From assembly GCA_000092065.1 (NCBI GenBank), contig CP000589.1: DNA of 64,000 nt; one strand, 5' to 3'. The notes beneath the pieces were generated by a model. It searched no databases. It was given only the letters and a program-made list of their open reading frames with translations, and was not told the DNA's origin. The DNA is from Ostreococcus lucimarinus. Lineage: Eukaryota. Shown in pieces: positions 57,454-64,000 of this stretch. Numbering within the stretch: position 1 is the first letter of the stretch; each line of letters begins with the position of its first letter. Both the position numbers and the translations under genes were made by a program.

Positions 57454-59160
57454 TTACGCATAAGCGACCTCCCCCTCGTCTGTCGATTTACGCTCGTCAT
57501 CGTCCGTGTCAGCGTCCAAATACTTGGGGTTCGTCGATGCGAGCATGGTGACGATTGAAAGCGCGCTGAGAACAGCGAGCGTGACGAAAAGTGCGCCCCA
57601 TCCGTACTTTTCAGCGATCACCGCGGTAAGCGCGCCTTGCAGCACGGCGCCGACTGATCCCATACCGTTCACCACACCCGCTGCGGTTCCGAGAACTTCT
57701 TGGCCGTAACCCGCTTGTTCGCAGCAGTCAGAGACTGCGGTCGAACCCAGCATAGCGTCGGGACCGGCGACTAAGAAACCGATGAGACCCATGACGATGG
57801 CGTTGGTGAGCATTCCCATGCTGCATGCCGTTTGGTAGCCCCCGATCGCAAAAGTGAGCAAGGCGCACGACAACGCGCCGAGCACCGTGCGCTTGCCTTC
57901 GAAATACTTGTCACCAATAATGCCGCACGCGAGTCCTCCCAGTACGCCGCCCAAATCGTATATGCACGACATGTAGCCAGCAATGGCGACGGACATCTTG
58001 TACTCTTGCGATAAATAAAATGGCAACCAGAAAAGCAAACAATAACGAACGATCTTCACGAAGAAGTAGGACAGCATGAGCATCTTTAACCTAGGGATGG
58101 CCAAAATTTCCATGAAGGAAACATTTTTGGACGCCGGCTCGATGTCCGCGCGCTTCTTCGTCGACGTCAAAGCTTCTTGCTTATACGTCGTCGTTTGCAA
58201 CCACGGCGGATCGAGCTGCATCGCGGCGACGAGCGCCGCAGTACACAAAGCGAATGTCGCCGGCAAACTAATCGACAGTCTCCATCCAACCTTACCCAAT
58301 AAAAATGCGGTGGCAACGGTAGCCAGCGTCGCGCCGACTTGTTGGCTCGTCGCCCAAATCCCCATCGCCGTTCCTCGCTCCTTCGAACTGAACCACGGAT
58401 TGAGGAGCTTCACGTGTAACGGATACGATGCGGCTTGCGCGAGACCATTCAACGCCCACAGCCCCATGAGAATGTACGGCACCGAGATATATCCAAAAGC
58501 GAGACAACAGGCAAACGACACCACGCCGCCGACGACGATGACCGCCTTCGCGCCAATCTTATCCCCAATCGAAGGCATCACAAACTGCCCCAGCGCATAC
58601 GTGAGCAAAAACGCACTGTCGATTAACCCCATCGTCCCCGTGGTGAGCCCGAGCGCTTCCTTGACCGGCGCCTTCACCACGCTCAACGGCTTGCGCACAA
58701 AGTACGCCGACGAGTACGAAATAAACATCCCAGCAAGCGTCAACCGCTGCAACCGCGTCACCTCCGAACGAGGAAACTCTTCCTCGATCACCGTTCCCGG
58801 TTTACATTCCTCTCCGGCGCTTTCCCACAGGCATTCATCGTCTTCGGGCGGGAAAGTATACGTGACCGCCTCCTCCAGCGCCGTCGCCGCAGTCGCCTCG
58901 GGTTCTCCCGCGTCCCTCACCACCTCGTCCGCCGCCGCGCGCGTCCCCGCGTCGCGTCGTCGACGCGCGCGTACGATTTCGTGCGTTCCGCGCGTCTGTG
59001 CCCTCGACGGCGTCCTTCGCGGCGCGTCCAGCGCGCCGCGAACGCTTCGAGCGCGCGGGATCGCGGCGACCCGTTTCTCCGCTCGACGCGCTCGCGACGC
59101 GCGCGCGGGCGCGGCGCGCGATCGATCGACCGCGCGCGGCGCGGACGCGAGCGCGAGCAT
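57454..59160 (-). CDS. MFS transporter of the organophosphate:phosphate antiporter (GlpT/UhpC, glycerol-3-phosphate permease-like) family
   Basis: Twelve TM helices. The TM1 region LAGMFISYSSAYFVRKPLSVVK and the loop GLIDSAFLLTYALGQFV are GlpT-like. An Arg-rich N-terminal extension of about 130 aa is present. ATG verified at 59160. Confidence 0.75.
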   Translation of the reverse strand: MLALASAPRAVDRSRAAPARASRARRAEKRVAAIPRARSVRGALDAPRRTPSRAQTRGTHEIVRARRRRDAGTRAAADEVVRDAGEPEATAATALEEAVTYTFPPEDDECLWESAGEECKPGTVIEEEFPRSEVTRLQRLTLAGMFISYSSAYFVRKPLSVVKAPVKEALGLTTGTMGLIDSAFLLTYALGQFVMPSIGDKIGAKAVIVVGGVVSFACCLAFGYISVPYILMGLWALNGLAQAASYPLHVKLLNPWFSSKERGTAMGIWATSQQVGATLATVATAFLLGKVGWRLSISLPATFALCTAALVAAMQLDPPWLQTTTYKQEALTSTKKRADIEPASKNVSFMEILAIPRLKMLMLSYFFVKIVRYCLLFWLPFYLSQEYKMSVAIAGYMSCIYDLGGVLGGLACGIIGDKYFEGKRTVLGALSCALLTFAIGGYQTACSMGMLTNAIVMGLIGFLVAGPDAMLGSTAVSDCCEQAGYGQEVLGTAAGVVNGMGSVGAVLQGALTAVIAEKYGWGALFVTLAVLSALSIVTMLASTNPKYLDADTDDDERKSTDEGEVAYA

Positions 59161-59355
59161 CGCGCTCGGCGTCCGCGTGAGCGCGCGAGTGGTGGGCGCG
59201 CGCGCGAGCGTGTGCGGGAGGCGAGTGACGGCGATAACCTCGAACGACGCGCTTTTTGATCTTTACCTCTTCGCGTCTCGCGGCGCGAGGGCGGATTCGC
59301 GGATGATTACAACGCGTACAAGACGAAAAGATCGCGCGAGGGCGCGAAGAGAGGA

Positions 59356-61656
59356 CTAACGCGCGTTGCGCGGTTTGGGGATGGCGACGCCGCTGCGAGT
59401 GCGAGGAAGCTCGGACTGAGGGACGACGCGCGACGCCGGCGGCGAACCGCCGGCGGCGAGATCGGGCGGCGAGCGGACGCCGAGATCGGGTGGAGGTGCG
59501 TGGACGTTTGAGCCGAACATGGACATGCCGGTGGCAAAATGCTGGGAGATTTCGTCGACGGCGTGCGCGGTCGGCGGCGGCGGATTGGATTGGCGCGCCG
59601 GGGCGTCGAAAAATAAGCCGCCGCCGCCGGAGGCGATGCTCGAGAAGACGCCGCCGCCGAGGCCGCCGTTCGAAAAGCCACCGTTGGCCGGAGGGGGTGC
59701 GCCAAACGAAGGTAGCGCCGTTGCCATCGGCATCTGTGGCTGCGGTGGTGGCATCTGCAGCTGCGAAGTCGGACCGAAACCGGGCGGTAGGCCGCGCTGT
59801 TGCTGCGGCTGTTGCTGCGGCTGCCCAAACAAACTCGCCACCGGGATCTGCGTCGTGCGACCTGGCTGCGGTGGCGGCTGTCCCTGTTGCATGTGCTGCT
59901 GGATTTTTGCTTGTTCCATGCGCAAAAGCTCTTGCTGCCGTCGCAGCAACAACATCTGCTGCTCGCTCGGTTGCGACTGGTCTCGCTGCGCCTCCGCTTG
60001 CACCTGTCGTTGACGCGTCAACATCGCCAAAATCTCCTCCGCCGACGCTCCTGGCGCGACTTGTCTGCCGAGCATATCCAACGTGTGTTCATTGAGCGAC
60101 TTTGCTGGCTGTTGAAGCATCACAGGTGGGCCTTGAGGAGGTCGCGGTGCTCCCGGCAACCCCGGCGGCTGCGGCGCGCCGCCCATGCCGGGGAGCGTCG
60201 GTCTGAGACGCGCCAAGACTTCGGATGGTACGCTCTTATCACCGAGCAAGCACAGTAACGAGCGCATGAACTGTACGTTGTCCGTGGCGTGCAGCATCTT
60301 GGATATATCTGCACACGCCGCAGGAAAAGCGTTCAACACGTAATCTCTCGTGCGCATTTGAACCGCTCGAGCGACGTTGTCGCCGGCGGCAAACGGATCT
60401 TCCACACCGAGTGGATATTTGAACGCTTGCCAAGAGCTACCGACGATGAACGTACCATGATACGTGGACGCGTTCACCGCGTTCCGAAACAAATCTTTGA
60501 TGGCGCACAAGTGCGCGAAGAAGCTCACAAAGAGTTCCGCGAGCGTCTCGGTGTTTTCCTTTCCGAAACCCGCGAACTTATCGGCGCGGTACTTTACCGC
60601 CGCGATGTCCCTCGATGCATCACTCACGACGCGAGCTTTACTAACTTTCCAAGTATCGAACTGGTCGTCCTCACTTTTCAAATGCTCCTCGAGTTCGCGC
60701 TTTTCCGATTCCACCAAATCGGGACGAGGAAGCGTGAGCAGCATCGTCGGCGGCAGAATTGGCACTGGTCGGCGCTGCAAATGATGCATACAAAGCAAAC
60801 ACAACGAGTACGAGTTGAACGATCCCTCCATGGCGTTGTTCACATCGTAATGCTTGGCCCAAAGCTTTATCAAGAACACCAAGTCGCGATAACGTTGATC
60901 GATATCCGCGACGACGCCGAGCACGGCGCTCTTGTACACCCCGTCGTTCTCGATGCACACATCGCACGCGACGCCCGTCTGCGGGTCTTTGAACTTGATC
61001 AAAGGCACCCGAGCCTTGGAGATGAGTTGGACGTCGCGGTAATTGCGATACCGCAACTCCGAGGCGACTTTGCGCAACAATTGCGCGCGTTTCGTTCGAC
61101 CCTGGCGCTGTTGTCGACGCGCGCGCACCCCGCCCCGCTGCGATCGGCGCGCCTGCGCTTCTTCCTTTTCATCGTACCACGGTCCATTCTTGTCTATCTG
61201 CAGCGAAATATCTATATCGCTCCCCGCCGAGTGAAACGCGCTCACGTACGACCCAAACGGCGCCACCCGCACGCCCTCGAACCGCGTGCTGATCATCGTT
61301 TTAAACTTATTCATCAGCGCCTGTCGCTTCGCATCGTCCTGCGGCGTCGTCTTCAACGAATTCACTATCCTACGCAACTCCGAGTCTAACTTTTCCATCG
61401 CCTCTCGCGTCGGCGTCCCCGCGCTCGTCCCCGCGCTCGCCTCCTCGCGCGCCTCCTCGCCCCATCGCCCGTCCCCGTCCGTCGTCACGCGCGCGTCCGC
61501 CATCGCGATCCTCGCCCGCACGCGTCCCAGCACCGTCGCCGGCGACACCCACTCCCGCGGATCCCGCGCGTCGTCGTCCTCCTCCTCGCGCGCGTCCGCC
61601 TCCTCGTCCGAGCGCCCGTCGCTCGACGACCGCGCGTCCTCCTCGCGCGTCGACAT
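59356..61656 (-). CDS. Cid1/GLD2/TRF4-family non-canonical poly(A) polymerase or terminal uridylyltransferase with Gln/Pro-rich C-terminal low-complexity tail
   Basis: Nucleotidyltransferase core FGSYVSAFHSAGSDIDISL (GS...DxD) and PAP/25A-associated domain (VFLIKLWAKHY...NSYSLCLLCMHHLQ). The track start 62052 is GTG. The ATG (MSTREED) is at 61656. Confidence 0.8.
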   Translation of the reverse strand: MSTREEDARSSSDGRSDEEADAREEEDDDARDPREWVSPATVLGRVRARIAMADARVTTDGDGRWGEEAREEASAGTSAGTPTREAMEKLDSELRRIVNSLKTTPQDDAKRQALMNKFKTMISTRFEGVRVAPFGSYVSAFHSAGSDIDISLQIDKNGPWYDEKEEAQARRSQRGGVRARRQQRQGRTKRAQLLRKVASELRYRNYRDVQLISKARVPLIKFKDPQTGVACDVCIENDGVYKSAVLGVVADIDQRYRDLVFLIKLWAKHYDVNNAMEGSFNSYSLCLLCMHHLQRRPVPILPPTMLLTLPRPDLVESEKRELEEHLKSEDDQFDTWKVSKARVVSDASRDIAAVKYRADKFAGFGKENTETLAELFVSFFAHLCAIKDLFRNAVNASTYHGTFIVGSSWQAFKYPLGVEDPFAAGDNVARAVQMRTRDYVLNAFPAACADISKMLHATDNVQFMRSLLCLLGDKSVPSEVLARLRPTLPGMGGAPQPPGLPGAPRPPQGPPVMLQQPAKSLNEHTLDMLGRQVAPGASAEEILAMLTRQRQVQAEAQRDQSQPSEQQMLLLRRQQELLRMEQAKIQQHMQQGQPPPQPGRTTQIPVASLFGQPQQQPQQQRGLPPGFGPTSQLQMPPPQPQMPMATALPSFGAPPPANGGFSNGGLGGGVFSSIASGGGGLFFDAPARQSNPPPPTAHAVDEISQHFATGMSMFGSNVHAPPPDLGVRSPPDLAAGGSPPASRVVPQSELPRTRSGVAIPKPRNAR

Positions 61657-61827
61657 CGCGCCGTCGCCGGCGCCCGCGCCGTCGACGGCCGTCCGTCGCC
61701 GCGCGCGTCGTGTGCGGCGCGTCGCGCCGCGCGCGCGCGGTCGCGCGACCGAATCGTCGATCGGGCGATTGTCGACGACGAGTCGGGACTCGAGCGCGAC
61801 CCCCTCGCGCGCCGCCCTCGTATTCGC

Positions 61828-61975
61828 GCGCGAAAACGTCCGTGCTCGCGAAAACGTCCGTGCTCGCGAAAACGTCGATCGCGCGGACCCGCGCGATCGA
61901 TCGATCGTCGATCGCGCGAAATCGAAAAACCTCGCGCGATCGATCGATCGTCGATCGCGCGATCGATCGCGCGAC
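61828..61975 (+). repeat. Tandem repeats in divergent intergenic region: (CGCGAAAACGTCCGTGCT)x~2.7 then two copies of CGATCGATCGATCGTCGATCGCGCG
   Basis: Read directly in lines 61801-61980. They lie between the poly(A) polymerase start (61656, minus) and the FtsH 5' region. Confidence 0.8.
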
Positions 61976-62540
61976 GTCGTCCGACGGCGTGACGTCGACG
62001 TCACGCGCGACGCGCGCGTCGGCACACACGCGCGCGAGTTTCGACGACGCACGATGCACGCCGCGAGCGCGCGAACGATCGCGACGACCGCGCCGCGGGC
62101 GAATAAAAATGTTTCCGAGCGCCGCGCGCGACGGGGGGCGCACGCGCGACGCGCGGCGGCGAGAGAGGTGCGCGAACGATGCGACGCGACGCGCGATGCG
62201 GGCGCGTGGGGTCGGGGGGGGACGCGACGCGCGATGCAGGCGCGCGCGAACGCGCGCGGGGGACGAAGGCGCGCGAATGCGATGGGGGACGTTTGCGCGA
62301 CGCGAACGGCGGCGCGCGCGGCGGTGGATCGCGCGGGCGTCGTCGGGAAGGGGTGGATAAGCGAGATGACGATGGATGACGACGTGGCCCTGGACCGGGG
62401 CGACGACGCGCGGGCGGGCGGCGACGCTCGCGACGATTGGCGAACGCGGGTGACTGACGGTGATGATTGGGTTTGTGAACGCGTAGGATACGACGAACGA
62501 TGTCGCTAAAGTGGCGGCGACGCTCGCGGCGGTGGCGGCG

Positions 62541-64000
62541 ATGACGAACGGCGCGTTCGCCGGGGCGGCGCGCGCGGACGCGTTCAACGCGGCGCCGACG
62601 GAACAAGTGCAACAACAGCGCGGTGAGGCGGTGTCCGCGTTCGCGGATGCGTCCAAGGAAGCACCGGCGGTGAACGCCGATGGGTTGCCGGAAGGGAACA
62701 ACTGGCGTTACAGCGAATTCATCAAGGCGGTGATGAGCGGCAAGGTTGAGCGCGTGCGCTTCTCCAAGGATGGCTCCGCGTTGCAGTTGACCGCGGTCAA
62801 CGGTGCGCGCGCGACCGTCATCTTGCCCAACGATCCGGAACTCGTCGACATCCTGGCCAAGAATGGTGTCGACATCTCCGTCAGCGAAGGCGAGCAACAG
62901 GGCAACGCCGCCTCTTTGGTCGGCAACTTGTTGTTCCCGCTCGTGGCGTTCGGAGGTTTGTTCTTCTTGTTCCGCCGCGCGCAAGGTGGCGATGGCGGCA
63001 TGGGTGGCATGGGTGGTATGGGCGGTGGACCCATGGACTTCGGTAAGTCCAAGTCCAAGTTCCAAGAAGTTCCGGAAACCGGTGTGACGTTCGCGGACGT
63101 CGCCGGCGTCGAAGGCGCCAAGTTGGAATTGCAAGAAGTCGTCGACTTTTTGAAGAACCCAGACAAGTACACCGCGCTCGGTGCCAAGATCCCGAAGGGT
63201 TGCCTTTTGGTCGGTCCGCCGGGTACCGGTAAGACCCTGATCGCCAAGGCGGTCGCCGGTGAAGCCGGTGTGCCGTTCTTCTCTTGCGCCGCGTCCGAGT
63301 TCGTCGAACTCTTCGTCGGCGTTGGCGCGTCTCGCGTTCGCGACTTGTTCGAAAAGGCCAAGGCCAAGGCTCCGTGCATCATCTTCATCGATGAAATCGA
63401 CGCCGTCGGTCGCCAACGTGGCTCCGGTATGGGTGGTGGCAACGACGAGCGCGAACAGACCATCAACCAGCTTCTCACCGAGATGGATGGTTTCGAAGGC
63501 AACACGGGCGTCATCGTCCTTGCGGCGACGAACAGACCGGACGTGCTCGATAGCGCGCTCCTTCGCCCGGGACGTTTCGATCGTCAAGTTACCGTCGATC
63601 GTCCGGACGTCGCTGGTCGCATCCGCATCCTCAAGGTGCACGCCCGTGGCAAGACTTTGGCCAAGGACGTCGACTTCGACAAGATCGCTCGCCGTACGCC
63701 GGGTTTCACGGGTGCCGATTTGGAAAACCTCATGAACGAGTCCGCGATTCTCGCCGCGCGCCGTGAACTCACGGAAATCTCCAAGGAAGAAATCGCCGAT
63801 GCTCTCGAGCGCATCATCGCCGGTGCCGCCAGAGAAGGTGCCGTCATGTCTGAGAAGAAGAAGAAGCTCGTGGCGTACCACGAAGCTGGCCACGCGCTCG
63901 TCGGGGCCCTCATGCCGGATTACGACGCCGTGACGAAGATTTCCATCGTCCCGCGCGGTAACGCCGGTGGTTTGACTTTCTTCGCCCCGAGCGAAGAGCG
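62541..64000 (+). CDS. ftsH: ATP-dependent zinc metalloprotease FtsH, thylakoid type (partial, runs off window end); 5' end unresolved
   Basis: FtsH extracellular region, TM ([15 protein letters not shown]), AAA Walker [10 protein letters not shown], Walker [37 protein letters not shown] and zinc site [11 protein letters not shown]. It is highly similar to plant FtsH2/8. The frame is open back to 62487 (stop at 62484-86). The first in-frame ATG is 62541. No stop before the window end. Confidence 0.9.
   Translation, partial: MTNGAFAGAARADAFNAAPTEQVQQQRGEAVSAFADASKEAPAVNADGLPEGNNWRYSEFIKAVMSGKVERVRFSKDGSALQLTAVNGARATVILPNDPELVDILAKNGVDISVSEGEQQGNAASLVGNLLFPLVAFGGLFFLFRRAQGGDGGMGGMGGMGGGPMDFGKSKSKFQEVPETGVTFADVAGVEGAKLELQEVVDFLKNPDKYTALGAKIPKGCLLVGPPGTGKTLIAKAVAGEAGVPFFSCAASEFVELFVGVGASRVRDLFEKAKAKAPCIIFIDEIDAVGRQRGSGMGGGNDEREQTINQLLTEMDGFEGNTGVIVLAATNRPDVLDSALLRPGRFDRQVTVDRPDVAGRIRILKVHARGKTLAKDVDFDKIARRTPGFTGADLENLMNESAILAARRELTEISKEEIADALERIIAGAAREGAVMSEKKKKLVAYHEAGHALVGALMPDYDAVTKISIVPRGNAGGLTFFAPSEE

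Noticed and set aside
60289-61389. 366-aa plus-strand ORF
   Set aside because: It is antisense to the nucleotidyltransferase gene, with no motifs.
62487-62560. Secondary-plastid (signal peptide plus ASAFAP-like) targeting on FtsH
   Set aside because: This reading would require a 1-nt frameshift. All other plastid proteins in the window have primary-plastid transit peptides. The hydrophobic stretch is better explained as a thylakoid-transfer domain.
62001-63893. 630-aa minus-strand ORF
   Set aside because: It is antisense to FtsH, whose identity is unambiguous. Its composition is junk-like.
1-64000. tRNA, rRNA, CRISPR, transposon or prokaryotic operon signals
   Set aside because: No T-loop or GTTCGAATC-type tRNA signatures outside coding context. 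There are no long direct repeat arrays with spacers, no terminal inverted repeats or transposase or reverse-transcriptase ORFs, and the genes are on mixed strands with eukaryotic-type products.

Overview
This 64-kb window is a very GC-rich, gene-dense stretch of eukaryotic nuclear DNA. I see about 41 protein-coding genes on both strands, roughly one per 1.5 kb, with short intergenic spacers and very few, short GT-AG introns. I found no rRNA, tRNA, CRISPR array or transposon.

The gene content is ordinary eukaryotic housekeeping. It includes MSH5, an SRPK kinase, 40S ribosomal protein S9, Sec23, a likely Sec10 exocyst subunit, UPF1, S-adenosylhomocysteinase, pantothenate synthetase, pirin, the Fe-S co-chaperone HscB, an ELO fatty-acid elongase, an extended synaptotagmin, mitochondrial carriers, an MRS2 Mg channel and a Cid1-type poly(A) polymerase. 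Several plastid-type proteins are also present: TIC21, a non-catalytic ClpR, a CYP97-like P450, cystathionine beta-lyase and thylakoid FtsH. Their N-termini are Ala/Arg/Ser/Thr-rich presequences with no signal peptide, which indicates a primary plastid. Together with NCG-biased codon usage and TGTAA motifs just past several stop codons, this points to an intron-poor, high-GC green alga of the Mamiellophyceae type, for example Micromonas or Ostreococcus. That identification is inference from the sequence alone.

The supplied ORF track uses GTG/TTG as well as ATG as starts and contains many long Arg/Ala-rich antisense ORFs that are compositional artefacts of the GC bias. I re-derived ATG starts where I could. 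Three introns were found by joining conserved protein segments across frame breaks, in the HscB, DUF98 and S-adenosylhomocysteinase genes. Items worth a second look include a lambda-exonuclease-like YqaJ nuclease gene next to UPF1, a large unannotatable N-glycosylation-rich membrane protein, an RNA methyltransferase whose conserved N-terminus has no ATG, an unresolved 5' end of FtsH, and tandem repeats in a divergent promoter.
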